From: a virus | Reading direction: 5' to 3' (one strand) | IMG/VR virus record: IMGVR_UViG_3300045988_047887 | DNA: 43,114 nucleotides | Notes under the pieces: model-generated | What the model was told of the DNA's origin: nothing | What the model saw: only the letters and a program-made list of their open reading frames with translations | The model's database searches: none | Position numbers and translations under genes: made by a program | Part shown: in pieces, positions 24,271 to 34,734 of the stretch | Layout: the number at the start of each line of letters is the position of its first letter | Numbering within the stretch: the stretch's first letter is position 1

Positions 24271-27200
24271 TTAGAGCCTGCCGATATTCTCTATCGTCTG
24301 CACTCTCCGCTGGGTTCGGTTTATCTCTTCCACGCTCACTACTGGCTGTGGTGCCATCTGATACCCTCTAGCGACTGCTGCCGCCAGCATATCCATGCCG
24401 ATGTTGCTTCCACCGTTGTTCACTACGATAGGTACGCCACCTCCAAGCTGGTTGAATGCGGACAATATCGGACTGAACATCGATGTCGCCTTGGCGGTCA
24501 TTACGCTCTCTCCATTGGATAGTCTCGCTGGTATGCTGTCGCTCGTTCCAGTGCCTGCGCCATGGACGTATCCACCAACGGAAAAACCCTTAACGAGTGC
24601 TTTCGCTCCTGCAAACGCTGCTTTGACCAGTGCCATCAATGCTGCTGCACTCGCAACACCTCCCCACGACTTGCTTGCAATCTCCTTTGCGAGGATTTGG
24701 GCAAAATAGGCGTTGACAGCTATCTCGATTGCGTCCAGTATTGATGTCAGCATCGATTTGAGGAATGCGTGAAGGGATTTATCCTCGCTCTCGAAGAACT
24801 CGGACAGACCGTCTCCCATGGTCTGTATCATATCTGCCATCATTTTCAACTGTTCTTCCTGCAAAGCTGCCTTCTTCTTGTTGGCTTCCTCCTGCTCCTT
24901 GACTTCTGCATCGCTCAAGTCCTTTTGTAGCTGTTCCTGCACGGCTGCATAGTCCTTGTATGCGTCCAGCTTGCTCTGTAGGAAAGCCTTGTATCTCTCC
25001 AGCTTGGCTGCATCGTCTTCCTCGCCAATTCCACCGTTCATGATGTCCGTATCCCTGCGCTTCTTTTCTGCTTCCTCGAACTCCTTGTTGATTTCGTCCA
25101 CTATCTCCTTGGCTTGGTTCTTGATGTCCGCTTTTGCCTTTATCATGATGTCGAGCAGTTTTGCCTGCATTTCCTGCGCTTTTTCCGCTCCGATTTGCCC
25201 TGCCGCCACGTATGCGTCAATGCTTCGTGCCACCATATCCTTCTCCAGCTGTTCGAGGTCGTTGCTGTAGTCTCGCTCGTTGTCGTACATGCCTGCGAGG
25301 TATCGCTTCTTTGCGTCCATGACCTTCTCGTTGTACTGGAACTGGATAAGCGCAATCTGTGCCTGCAATTCTTTCTCCTGCTTCTTCCTGCGCTCTGCCT
25401 CTGCCTTTGCTTCCGATTTCTCCTTGGCTATCTGTGCCTTGGTCTTGGTAGTGCTTCCCTTGGCTGCTGGTGTCGTTCCCTTGTTTCCATTCGTTGGCTC
25501 GCTGCTGGTCGCTCCACCGTCTAGGTTCGCAAGTTTCAGATGGTTCAGTCTTCCGTGCACGGTGTTCTCGAATCCGTCAGCGAATGTGTTTCCTATCTCT
25601 ATACCAGCATTCTTGATGTCATGCCATGCTTCCTTGATAGTGCCGGATATGTCGAACATCTCCTTGAATCCCTTCTGTGCCTTGGATAGGTCGAATGTAA
25701 CTATACCCTCGAGAATATCAAGCATGCCCTTGGCTGCAAAGCCAATCCTCTTGAATGCGTCTATTGCTAGATTGCATACGAGCTTGATTGTGTTCCACAT
25801 CAAGCGGAAATTTATGCCGATTGCATTGATTATCCCTCGAAGAAGAAGACTCTCATTGTACCAGTCGATGAAGTAGTTGATAGTATTGAACAATCCCTTC
25901 ATTATCTGAATAAGAATCTTCGTTCCGAACATCTTGCCCTGCTCTATCATCTCCTCGAATCCGTGCTGGCTCATATCGAACATTGACGAAAGGTAGCTGT
26001 TCAGTTCCTTGTGCAGCTTGATGTTCTCCAGCTGCGTCTCTCCCCATTCTCCGGTCTGCTTCTTCACTTCTTCGATGTCTGTTGTCATCGTGTCTAGCTG
26101 CTCGATGAGCTGTATACCAGCAGCCGCTCCCTGCTTACCGAAGACGTTTTTCAGAATGTCGCCCACCTGCTGGCTGTCCGCTCCGAAGTCCTTCATCTTA
26201 GAAGCCACCTGCTGGATGATGTCGAAGGTGTTCTTCGTGCCGTTGGCTAGGTCTTGCTGCACCTGCTTGCTGGATATACCGATAGCGTCAAGGCTTGCAG
26301 ATGTTGCTGTGCTCATTTCACGGATTTTCTTGCTAGCCATCGTGATAATGTCTAGACCCTTGTCGCTAAAGATGCCGCTTCGTGTCTGCTGCAATATCGC
26401 CACAAGCTGGTCTGCACCGATACCTGCATCGTGGAAGGTAGGCGCATATTGCTGTATCTTCTGCAACATATCGCCCGACAGGTCTGCACCGCTCGCAAAG
26501 CCATCGTTGATAACCTTCATAGCTTCCTCTCCAGATAGGTGGTAGTTCGCCATTAGGTTGTCCGCTGTGGCGAGAACGTCATTGAAATCCTTTCCCATGG
26601 TGTCCGCTGTGGCTGCGATGCTGTTCCTCATCGTCTCCAATGCTTCGCCAGTGTAGCCAGTGAACTCCCTTGTCAGTCGTGTGGCTTCCATCAATCCCTT
26701 GTTGTAGTCATAGAACCACTTGAATGTCATACCAACACCGACAACGCCAGCGAGTGCAGCAAAATATGGATTCATAACCAAGCCGATTGCGGTCTTACCG
26801 AACGCCTTCAGCTTGTCTGTCAGTCCATCCATATTCTGCGCCAGTTTGATGATGTTGCTAACCTCGGTATCATTGACAATATCCATACCAAAGAACTCCG
26901 TCCCCTGCAGGTCATCTGCTGCTTGCATCATCGAGTTGTAGTAATTGCCAACGTTGCGATAATATCGTTGCGTCTCCTCCTCTGCCAGCTTCAGCTTTTC
27001 CGTTATCTCGTTTATGTGCTTGGCTAGTGCCTGCCCCTTTGCTCCTTCACGCTCTGCCTTCGACATTTCATCGTATTTCTTGGTGGCATTGGAAAGCTGG
27101 GCACGCAACTGCTTCAAGCTGCCCTCCTGCTCGTTCTCTGTGCGCACGTTGTTCTGTATCTCCTTCTGCAGGGCACGCACGTTGTACTGATACTCCTTGA

Positions 27201-27393
27201 TGGTTGCGTTGATGGCTTCCGTCTGCACCTTCATCTCGTTTGTCGTGATGGTCTTGTCTTTCTCCTGCTGCTGCAAGTCCTTGATGCTTGCCTTTAACTG
27301 ATCAATCTTCTCTTTGTACCGAATGATGCCGTAGATTGCATCCTCATACTTGACCTTGATGTCAAGAATCTGCTGTTTGTCTTCACTTACCAT
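24271..27393 (-). CDS. tail tape measure protein
   Basis: It is 1040 aa, with an N-terminal coiled coil, hydrophobic segments and a TP901-type TMP core (TREFTGYTGEALETMRNSIAATADTMGKDFNDVL...). Confidence 0.85.
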   Translation of the reverse strand: MVSEDKQQILDIKVKYEDAIYGIIRYKEKIDQLKASIKDLQQQEKDKTITTNEMKVQTEAINATIKEYQYNVRALQKEIQNNVRTENEQEGSLKQLRAQLSNATKKYDEMSKAEREGAKGQALAKHINEITEKLKLAEEETQRYYRNVGNYYNSMMQAADDLQGTEFFGMDIVNDTEVSNIIKLAQNMDGLTDKLKAFGKTAIGLVMNPYFAALAGVVGVGMTFKWFYDYNKGLMEATRLTREFTGYTGEALETMRNSIAATADTMGKDFNDVLATADNLMANYHLSGEEAMKVINDGFASGADLSGDMLQKIQQYAPTFHDAGIGADQLVAILQQTRSGIFSDKGLDIITMASKKIREMSTATSASLDAIGISSKQVQQDLANGTKNTFDIIQQVASKMKDFGADSQQVGDILKNVFGKQGAAAGIQLIEQLDTMTTDIEEVKKQTGEWGETQLENIKLHKELNSYLSSMFDMSQHGFEEMIEQGKMFGTKILIQIMKGLFNTINYFIDWYNESLLLRGIINAIGINFRLMWNTIKLVCNLAIDAFKRIGFAAKGMLDILEGIVTFDLSKAQKGFKEMFDISGTIKEAWHDIKNAGIEIGNTFADGFENTVHGRLNHLKLANLDGGATSSEPTNGNKGTTPAAKGSTTKTKAQIAKEKSEAKAEAERRKKQEKELQAQIALIQFQYNEKVMDAKKRYLAGMYDNERDYSNDLEQLEKDMVARSIDAYVAAGQIGAEKAQEMQAKLLDIMIKAKADIKNQAKEIVDEINKEFEEAEKKRRDTDIMNGGIGEEDDAAKLERYKAFLQSKLDAYKDYAAVQEQLQKDLSDAEVKEQEEANKKKAALQEEQLKMMADMIQTMGDGLSEFFESEDKSLHAFLKSMLTSILDAIEIAVNAYFAQILAKEIASKSWGGVASAAALMALVKAAFAGAKALVKGFSVGGYVHGAGTGTSDSIPARLSNGESVMTAKATSMFSPILSAFNQLGGGVPIVVNNGGSNIGMDMLAAAVARGYQMAPQPVVSVEEINRTQRRVQTIENIGRL

Positions 27394-27405
27394 AGTTCGT
27401 TCTTT

Positions 27406-30279
27406 TTAATTGTTCAACTGTATCATTGTAACCTCGCTGTATCCGCTGCTTGTGGTCTTGATTTCGAGCACCGCAAAATACGCTCCATACTGTGCAAGGT
27501 ACACTGGCTTCGTTTCGTCAAAGTTCAGTATCTCCAAATCGGAAAGGTTGAAACGTTCCGTTATCTGGTGTGGGTTCGCCACCGTCTTTCTCAGCTTCTC
27601 CAGCTTCTTGTCGAAGATACTCTGTAGGTTGATGTTGAAAGCCAAAGCCGCATAACCGGTATCGCTCTTCGTAAGGTTCACGATGCGGTCTTTGCAAGCT
27701 TTGTACTTGGTGGCTCTCTGTACCGTAATCGTGTTACCACTCCTTCCAATGGATTCTGTTACGCTCTCCCACTCGTATATCGGTATGCGGTTTCCGTCCG
27801 TGGCTGCAAATGGCAGCGTACAAACGTCTTGCGTATACTCCAGCGTCTTGTTGTCTACTGTCATATCTGCATCGTGCTGCTGATAGACTGTATCGTCTTC
27901 CTTCCACTTGTAGATATTATGCTGGCAATATTCCTCTACGCTGAAATCGGTCTGCCTTGGATGGTTGCTGGCTTCGCTTGGGATGAGCTTCTTCGTCCAG
28001 TCCACCGCTTGCGCCTTGGCTTCCCATAGGCTCACGATGTCCGCAAGCGCAAGTGTTCCGCTGGTAAACCGCTGGCTTGGGAACGTTGATGTCAGAATGC
28101 AGATACACTTCAAGAAGTCCGTTACCTTGATGTCGGGCAGGTTCTTGCCGATTGGGAAGTTACCACCGTAGGGTACTTCATCGCTCTGCTTGATGCTGGC
28201 AGACAACCGTCCGTTGTAACCACGCAACCCTCTCAAAATCCCCTTTCCGTAGTGTTTGAACTCGAAGGTTACGATGTCACCCTCTTCAAGTTCTATCTCC
28301 CCTCGTCCTGCTGCAAGGTGCATGAATCGTCCGTTTACCTTGTCCGAGTCGTAGTCAAAAATATACGTTTTAGAATAAGCATCATTTTCGGCTGCTTTTT
28401 TGCCTGCGATGTACGTCTTGGTGTACTCGCTTTCCTCTTGGTCGCTGGTGTGGACGGAAACGACCTTGATTTCAATGTAGCAAGGCTCGTACTGATATAC
28501 TCCGTTCAATTCGGTAGAGCCTTCGTAAGAGCTTCCGAAATGCCCATTCGGGCGTGCCTTCGATGCGTCCCACGACCAGTTCATCTGCACGTCAAAAATC
28601 ATCGTGCAGGCAATCTTAACATTCAGCTGGCTATATCTTGTCGCAAGTGCAAGGCCATCGAAAACGTCTGATAGGCTCGTTGGCTGGAAGTCAAGAATGC
28701 CGAGGTCTGTTGTCGTGAAGAAAGTTCCCTCAAAATCTCCTACTACCGTCTGTGCATCTGCCTTCCTTGTTATCAGTGGAACAGCAAGCCCCTTGATGGT
28801 CTCTTTCGCTTGTTTGCTCCACCCGAATGCAACCCCAGTCTGTGACGTGATGAGGTCAAGAATATATTGCACCGTGACACTTGGCTGGATTGCCCCTTTC
28901 ATCATATACGAAAAAGAGCCACCTCCCCCAAACGCTCCACCGCTCGCATAAGTCTGTGCTTCGCTGCTGGCTCTCGCTCGGTTCTCTGTCTCGCTCTTGA
29001 CTAGAACGGTTGTACCAGTGCTGTATTCCTTGATTGCGTTAATGACAAGCCACGCTGCCGTGGATGGTGCTTGCAGGTCTACATCTATTGGCTCGCTCTC
29101 GCTGGTGTACATAACGCTGTATGGTGCAGAACTCGATGTCTTGTGCTGAGTGCCGCCAGATACGTAATAGTTGCTTTCCGCTCCTGCACCTGCTATCCAG
29201 TAGAGCATTCCGTCCTTTGATGGCTTCACGTACACGAGCCTTCCTGCCTGCTTATAATTGTGTATGTTAACCGTGATTTCAGTTCCACCCTTGTCTGCTG
29301 GAACCTCTTCTACTCCCCATGATTCTGCAAAGCCAGTGGATGGGTCGTAGCTTCCGTATTCCACCTGCCCTGCTGGTGCTCCATCCTTCAATGCAAAACG
29401 GATGCTGATTGTCGTCCTAGCCGCTTCCGTGTCTCCGCTGGCGCAAAGTGTTCCTGCACCGATAGCCGTTGAAAGGATAGGGTCTGGTGCGGTTATGGTC
29501 GGATTGGTTTCCGTCTCGTATGTTCCTGCTTCCGCTGCAAGGCGCACAACGTTCTTGTTGCTGTCGAGTATTGCCCATGTTCGGTAGTCGCCCTTTCCCA
29601 ATATCGTATCTATTGTGGCTCTCATTCCTGCCGTGAATGGTATGATTGCACACCGGTAGGAATCATCGTTCAAAACCTCGCCAGACACGTAATTTCCGAC
29701 CGCTGTTCCAGTTCTTATCTTACCGTCAACGAGCGAGTATGTCGTGTCGCTGTTACCTCCCACGTTACGGTCATACCCCTGCCACTCCTCGCTTGACGTC
29801 TTGACCGCTGCCGTATCGTAGCTTCCATAGAAAACTCCATCCGATATTGCCTTCTCGTAGGTGTCGTAGCTGTTGGATCTGTTGAACCGCATATACTTCG
29901 TGCAATTCAGCTCGTTCAGCTTCAAGTCAGACGATTGAAGTGTCTCCAGTGCTCGGAACAATCCCCAATAAATCGAAATCTCGATGGTTTCCTTGACACT
30001 CAGGACGCTTGCCCTGCCGTTGCGGATAATCTCCAGTCCATTGCGATAAAAACGTGCTGTGTGGAAAATATAGGGGTATTTGCTGCTTGTGCTCGGTTTC
30101 CCTGCAAACTGCAAGACCGCCATGTTGTGTGCGGTCTTGGGCAGGTTGATGGTGTATGTCGTGTTGGCGGTCATTTTCGTGATGTCACGGAAAAGATTGC
30201 TCTTGATGTCGAGCGTGATTGCCGATTCCTCGCTCATATCCATAAGAACACCGTCTATGTAAAGTTGCTGGTCTGTCAT
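27406..30279 (-). CDS. large tail/baseplate structural protein
   Basis: It is 957 aa and lies in the tail module. No enzymatic motif was recognised. Confidence 0.5.
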   Translation of the reverse strand: MTDQQLYIDGVLMDMSEESAITLDIKSNLFRDITKMTANTTYTINLPKTAHNMAVLQFAGKPSTSSKYPYIFHTARFYRNGLEIIRNGRASVLSVKETIEISIYWGLFRALETLQSSDLKLNELNCTKYMRFNRSNSYDTYEKAISDGVFYGSYDTAAVKTSSEEWQGYDRNVGGNSDTTYSLVDGKIRTGTAVGNYVSGEVLNDDSYRCAIIPFTAGMRATIDTILGKGDYRTWAILDSNKNVVRLAAEAGTYETETNPTITAPDPILSTAIGAGTLCASGDTEAARTTISIRFALKDGAPAGQVEYGSYDPSTGFAESWGVEEVPADKGGTEITVNIHNYKQAGRLVYVKPSKDGMLYWIAGAGAESNYYVSGGTQHKTSSSAPYSVMYTSESEPIDVDLQAPSTAAWLVINAIKEYSTGTTVLVKSETENRARASSEAQTYASGGAFGGGGSFSYMMKGAIQPSVTVQYILDLITSQTGVAFGWSKQAKETIKGLAVPLITRKADAQTVVGDFEGTFFTTTDLGILDFQPTSLSDVFDGLALATRYSQLNVKIACTMIFDVQMNWSWDASKARPNGHFGSSYEGSTELNGVYQYEPCYIEIKVVSVHTSDQEESEYTKTYIAGKKAAENDAYSKTYIFDYDSDKVNGRFMHLAAGRGEIELEEGDIVTFEFKHYGKGILRGLRGYNGRLSASIKQSDEVPYGGNFPIGKNLPDIKVTDFLKCICILTSTFPSQRFTSGTLALADIVSLWEAKAQAVDWTKKLIPSEASNHPRQTDFSVEEYCQHNIYKWKEDDTVYQQHDADMTVDNKTLEYTQDVCTLPFAATDGNRIPIYEWESVTESIGRSGNTITVQRATKYKACKDRIVNLTKSDTGYAALAFNINLQSIFDKKLEKLRKTVANPHQITERFNLSDLEILNFDETKPVYLAQYGAYFAVLEIKTTSSGYSEVTMIQLNN

Positions 30280-31364
30280 AGCTGCTGAATCTGTGTATTG
30301 TTAATAACCAGGTTGCAGACGAAATCCTGCAACTCTGCTGTTGTCTTGGTGTACGTTCCTGCCTTGATTGTCACGCTCTGCCACTTGTTGCTGCCGAGGT
30401 ACATGTCAACGACTGGGCTGGTGGCTAGGTCTTGCAGGAAGTCGAACGTCTCGCTGTCTACCAGTGGTGCGCAAAGGGGTATGGTGTCTTCCCTGCTGTA
30501 GCCTTGCCTTCTTCCGTTCGCTCCGAGGTACCCGAATATCGTATCGTCATACTCTCCGAGGTTGTTGCGCAGGAAGCTGGTGTCGCTGCTTATCGCTCTA
30601 CTCTCATCGCCTTGCGTGAATAGCCAGTAACGATAGAATCCGTGTCTATCAACCCATCGCAGATAAATGCCCTTTTCCGTGTTGTCGGTTTTGATGGCTG
30701 CCAGTTCCGTGTACTTGCTGCTGGTCTTCAGATAGAACGTGAAGTCGAAGGTCGTGTCGAATGTCGCCTGCTGTATCTTCCCTCCATAGTCCTTGATGGA
30801 GTAGTCCTTCGCTCCTGCCTTCAAGACCTTGCTGGTAATTTCATAAATGCCCTGCCCAGCGAGCTCTATCAGCTTGCTAGTTATCCTACCGTCCGCATAT
30901 ACCAGAAGGTCGTCAGCTTCACTCATATAAATGCCAAAGGAGAATGGGAAATGCGTGAACCATGTCAGCTTCTTGCGTCCGTTCCACGTCTCTCCTGCCC
31001 TCATCGCTCCCCACACGTAAAAGGTCGTGTAGCTGAATGTCGCGATGTCGCTCCCCTTGCTGTTCTTGACCTTCACGGAAATATTGAAGTTTGCTCCGAG
31101 GTTGCTCTTCTGGCTCTCCCTGCTGTAGTCAAGGTTCCCGAAGCTGATGCCATCGAAGAGTGCCTGCACATATTCCCGATAGTCCATGATGCAGTTATCT
31201 GCAAATGCTTCCACGCTGTACGTGTGCGCCTTGGTCTCCCTGCTGATTGTTGTCTCGATGCTCGCAACTCCCGAGCCGCTTGCCTTGATGATGCAGGGAA
31301 GGAATGCGAAGCCTACTGCGTCCGCATATTTAATCGTTATGCCGTTTACCGTTGTCTGTCTCAT
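30276..31364 (-). CDS. tail structural protein
   Basis: It is 362 aa and overlaps its neighbours by 4 nt. Confidence 0.5.
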   Translation of the reverse strand: MRQTTVNGITIKYADAVGFAFLPCIIKASGSGVASIETTISRETKAHTYSVEAFADNCIMDYREYVQALFDGISFGNLDYSRESQKSNLGANFNISVKVKNSKGSDIATFSYTTFYVWGAMRAGETWNGRKKLTWFTHFPFSFGIYMSEADDLLVYADGRITSKLIELAGQGIYEITSKVLKAGAKDYSIKDYGGKIQQATFDTTFDFTFYLKTSSKYTELAAIKTDNTEKGIYLRWVDRHGFYRYWLFTQGDESRAISSDTSFLRNNLGEYDDTIFGYLGANGRRQGYSREDTIPLCAPLVDSETFDFLQDLATSPVVDMYLGSNKWQSVTIKAGTYTKTTAELQDFVCNLVINNTQIQQL

Positions 31365-31894
31365 ACCGTTTCATTGTTTAGTTTGATACTTCCCACCGAC
31401 TGGTGGATTAAGAAAATAAGCCGCTGCCCCAACCGCTTCATCGTATCGGGCACTACGTTGCTGTATACGTCTGCCCTGCCGCCAGTGCGGTGCAGTCTAG
31501 AACCCTTGGTGGCGATGGTGTGGGCGATTGCCCCTGCCATGCTCATGTCTCCACGCTCCTGCGGTGTATACTTGTGCGGTCGCTGGGTCTTGTAGGGGAT
31601 AGGTCTGCCGTGAAGTCCCTTGTCCTTCATCCACTGCCGGATGATGCCACGGAAACCGTACGGTATCTTTCCTGCCCTTCGTCCAGTCTCAAGCACTCCA
31701 AATGGCTTGTGTCCCCATAGGATGGTCTCATCCTCGCTAGGCTGCTCCACCTGAAGGCTTGCTATCGTCTTCCCCGATGCGTTCTGTCCGTTTATTCTGA
31801 TGTGGTTGATGATGAGCTGCCGTGCTCTCTCCACTTCCTCACGCATTATCAGCGATGCCGCCTTGGGGTCAAATTGTATTCCTCCCTTGCTCAT
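31361..31894 (-). CDS. virion morphogenesis protein (putative)
   Basis: It is an ORF with 4-nt overlaps at both ends. Confidence 0.45.
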   Translation of the reverse strand: MSKGGIQFDPKAASLIMREEVERARQLIINHIRINGQNASGKTIASLQVEQPSEDETILWGHKPFGVLETGRRAGKIPYGFRGIIRQWMKDKGLHGRPIPYKTQRPHKYTPQERGDMSMAGAIAHTIATKGSRLHRTGGRADVYSNVVPDTMKRLGQRLIFLIHQSVGSIKLNNETV

Positions 31895-32322
31895 ACCTCA
31901 CACCCTCCTATGCTCTGTGTCAGCTGAAGGGAGTACATTACGCCCGACACGATCGTGCTCAGTCGCTCGATGATGGTCTCGTAGTACTGCTGCCCTTCCA
32001 GTGGTTCAAACAGGTGCGACTGGTTGATGGCTCGTATCATCCTTGCCCCTGCCACCTTCATTCGGTCAATGCACTCTCCATTGTCTTCTCCTTCTGCTCC
32101 CCTCGGTACGGTGTCGAGATAAGCCAGGGCAACGTTAACGGTGTCGTATACCCTGCCGTTTCGTATCTCTGTCGTTCCACTCGCTGGGATGATGCAAACG
32201 ATGGCTGGGTAGCTCAGCTTCTCCAGCTTCGTGTCCGCTGTGTCCCAATCCTCGAATAGGTAGGTGTAGTCTGGTAGCGTGTCTGCTGCCAGCTGCTTTA
32301 ATGTTTCTCTGATTGTTGCCAT
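31891..32322 (-). CDS. virion morphogenesis protein (putative)
   Basis: It is a 143-aa ORF. Confidence 0.45.
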   Translation of the reverse strand: MATIRETLKQLAADTLPDYTYLFEDWDTADTKLEKLSYPAIVCIIPASGTTEIRNGRVYDTVNVALAYLDTVPRGAEGEDNGECIDRMKVAGARMIRAINQSHLFEPLEGQQYYETIIERLSTIVSGVMYSLQLTQSIGGCEV

Positions 32323-32324
32323 AA

Positions 32325-32873
32325 TTATCTAGATTTACGTTTCATTTCTTCCGCTTGTAGCTTATGCAGGTTCCTCTCGTACACGCTTCTCTTGTTGTCC
32401 ATCTCCATGCACTTGTAGATGCGCAGCCATGGTGTCTTCAATACTTGGTCGTGGCCGCTGATGCCCATCCTTACCGCATACCAGTCGAGCATACCGAACA
32501 AGCCAAAGCGCAGGGTGTCGATGCCTGCTTCCTTCTCCAGTCTAGTTGGCTTCGCTGTGTCGGTGCTCTCGAAGAGCTTGTTGATGCGCTCCACCTCTGA
32601 TGTTACCCAACCGATGAGCATAACGACATCAACCGCCCTAGCCTGCTCCACTTCCTTGTGGCTCAGACCGAGGACGGTTGTCACTATCTGATACAGGCTT
32701 TCCTCGCTGTCTGATAGCTGGGAAAGGTCTATTAGCTGCCCGATGGATAGCTGGTTGAGATTGTCGGGCACTTGTTTTCCTCCGACAAACGCTGGTCGTG
32801 GCTGCTTGCCGATTTTGTAGCTGGTGTGCCTAGCAACTGCCAGCCAATACTTGAATGTCGTGTTCTTATCCAT
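32325..32873 (-). CDS. hypothetical protein following terL
   Basis: It is a 182-aa ORF. Confidence 0.55.
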   Translation of the reverse strand: MDKNTTFKYWLAVARHTSYKIGKQPRPAFVGGKQVPDNLNQLSIGQLIDLSQLSDSEESLYQIVTTVLGLSHKEVEQARAVDVVMLIGWVTSEVERINKLFESTDTAKPTRLEKEAGIDTLRFGLFGMLDWYAVRMGISGHDQVLKTPWLRIYKCMEMDNKRSVYERNLHKLQAEEMKRKSR

Positions 32874-32895
32874 ACGCTTTGTATTTTTGTCGTTG

Positions 32896-34086
32896 TTATT
32901 GTCTCAATACGTGCGCCCTAGCCGTTCCGTGGCTCGCTACGGATAACTTCTTCAAGGCTACATATCGTATTGCGTCTATGCCGTGGTTGAATGCGTCTAT
33001 AGGCTGGTTCGTGGTCTCTCCATCCCTTGACTTCTTCCACTTGTATTGCTGCATGTTCTCGATGATGCCGTGGCTTCGTCTGGTTATGTTGATGCGGAAA
33101 CGCTTCAAGATGTCGATGCCGTTGTTGATACTGTCCTTGCCCTTGGTGCTTGGTATTATCCACAGCCCTTGGTTGTGTATCTCCTGAATGCTCTTAGGCT
33201 CTGCCGAATCCGCAATGATAAGGTCTCGTTTCGTCAGTTCTTGCTCCCTGCATCTGTCTGCGATGTCTTCGTTCGTCAGTCCAGGCTGGTAGATTTCCTC
33301 GTCCACCCAAAGCTCCCCATGCGCCAGTATAACGTGCTCCAGCGCAGTTGGGTCGTTGGTGAATCCGAAGTCCATACCCCTGCAATCCATCTTCCACTCT
33401 TCCCTTGGTGGCAGCTTGTCAACGATGCCCCAGTTGGTGAAGATAAGACCAGTTATCTTACCAGTCAGTCCTCTAGCGTAAACTCTCCACAATTCGGGGT
33501 CGTCAATCTCTTCAATTTTCTTGTGTTCCTGCTCAGTAAGGAATCGGTTGTTTCGGTGGTCGCTCAATATCAATCTGCAATCATCCCTGCCGATGATGTT
33601 GTTGTGCACCCAAAACCTTGCGCTTGGATTGTAATCTATGAATACCTGCTTTCGGGTTCGGATTGCAAGCTGCCAAAACACTTCGTAGGGCACACCGTTC
33701 GCTTCGTTGACGAACAGGTAGTCACGCTTTCCGTTCTTCGCATCCTGCGCATCTTGGTAACTCTTGAACTCGATGATTGAACCGTTCTTACCTCTGTAGC
33801 TGCTGTCGCTCTTGTTGTTCTTGAACCAGTCCAGCAGTTCTGCCCTTGTGTGCAGGATGGTGTCTAGGTCTCGCATGGCTCCCACCTTTAGGTTCGGAAG
33901 GTCTTGACCGCAGACCGTGATAATTGACATGGGGTGTTCAAAAGAAAGCACTATAAGACGCTGCATGATGGTGTATGTCTTCCCCGAGGACGTACCGCCT
34001 TGGTTAACTAGAAACCTTGGCTTTACGTCCGCATTCGGGTCATACAGTTCTCCAATAACGTCAAATAGTGCCATTCTTTCAAACAA
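32896..34086 (-). CDS. terL: terminase large subunit (PBSX/Terminase_3-like)
   Basis: It has Walker A (GGTSSGKT), Walker B-like (DYLFVNEA) and nuclease motifs (GMDFGFTNDP, DAFNHGIDAIRY). Confidence 0.9.
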   Translation of the reverse strand: MFERMALFDVIGELYDPNADVKPRFLVNQGGTSSGKTYTIMQRLIVLSFEHPMSIITVCGQDLPNLKVGAMRDLDTILHTRAELLDWFKNNKSDSSYRGKNGSIIEFKSYQDAQDAKNGKRDYLFVNEANGVPYEVFWQLAIRTRKQVFIDYNPSARFWVHNNIIGRDDCRLILSDHRNNRFLTEQEHKKIEEIDDPELWRVYARGLTGKITGLIFTNWGIVDKLPPREEWKMDCRGMDFGFTNDPTALEHVILAHGELWVDEEIYQPGLTNEDIADRCREQELTKRDLIIADSAEPKSIQEIHNQGLWIIPSTKGKDSINNGIDILKRFRINITRRSHGIIENMQQYKWKKSRDGETTNQPIDAFNHGIDAIRYVALKKLSVASHGTARAHVLRQ

Positions 34087-34114
34087 TAAAACTTAAAACA
34101 AATTATGGTCAAAA

Positions 34115-34720
34115 TTAATCTATATCCAATCCCTCACGCTCGATTACTTCCTGCTCGCTTGATGCGCACTGGTGTCCCGAGTTGATGTAGCGTACCTCGA
34201 TGCCGCCTTGGAAGCCTGCGTTCAAATCAAGTGCAACCTTATCCAGTCCGAGCAGCTTGCAAATCTGCGTCTCAGCCTTTAGGATGATGTCAAGATACCT
34301 TGGGTCTCCTAGTCCTCGCTTCTCAGCATCGTACATTATCGCCTTGACGGTATCCATCGTTACCAACCCAGTGTCTGGATCCTTGTTAGGCAGTCCGACT
34401 TGTGTCTGTGTCTTGCTGTTATAGTCCGCTTTGGATTTCTCCCATGCGTCCCAGGCTTCACGTATCACCAGCTTCAACCTTGAAACCTCGCTTGTTATCT
34501 TTTCGTCCGTGTCGGTCAGTCTCTCTTCCCTCCACTCCTTCAATAACCGCTGAATGTCGCAATGCGCTTGGTTGTATTTCGGTCTGTCGAGCCGCTTGCG
34601 AACTTCTGCCGTGATTTCTCGCTCCGTCCATCCCTTGCGGTATAAGGGTGCGATAATCTGCAAGCGGTTCTCGATGTCGATTTTCTGCGCTCGATGTTTG
34701 TTGTTATTACCTTGTGGCAT
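34115..34720 (-). CDS. terS: terminase small subunit (putative)
   Basis: It lies immediately upstream of terL. It has an HTH-like N-terminus and GDPRYLDIILKAETQICKLLGLD. Confidence 0.55.
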   Translation of the reverse strand: MPQGNNNKHRAQKIDIENRLQIIAPLYRKGWTEREITAEVRKRLDRPKYNQAHCDIQRLLKEWREERLTDTDEKITSEVSRLKLVIREAWDAWEKSKADYNSKTQTQVGLPNKDPDTGLVTMDTVKAIMYDAEKRGLGDPRYLDIILKAETQICKLLGLDKVALDLNAGFQGGIEVRYINSGHQCASSEQEVIEREGLDID

Positions 34721-34734
34721 ACGATTTTCTGATT

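Noticed and set aside
24271-27393. G/GT-type programmed frameshift chaperones upstream of the tape measure gene
   Set aside because: The upstream gene is a 957-aa structural ORF. No pair of small overlapping ORFs or slippery heptamer was seen there.
30642-31595. 317-aa plus-strand ORF
   Set aside because: It is antisense to tightly coupled tail genes and has no promoter context.
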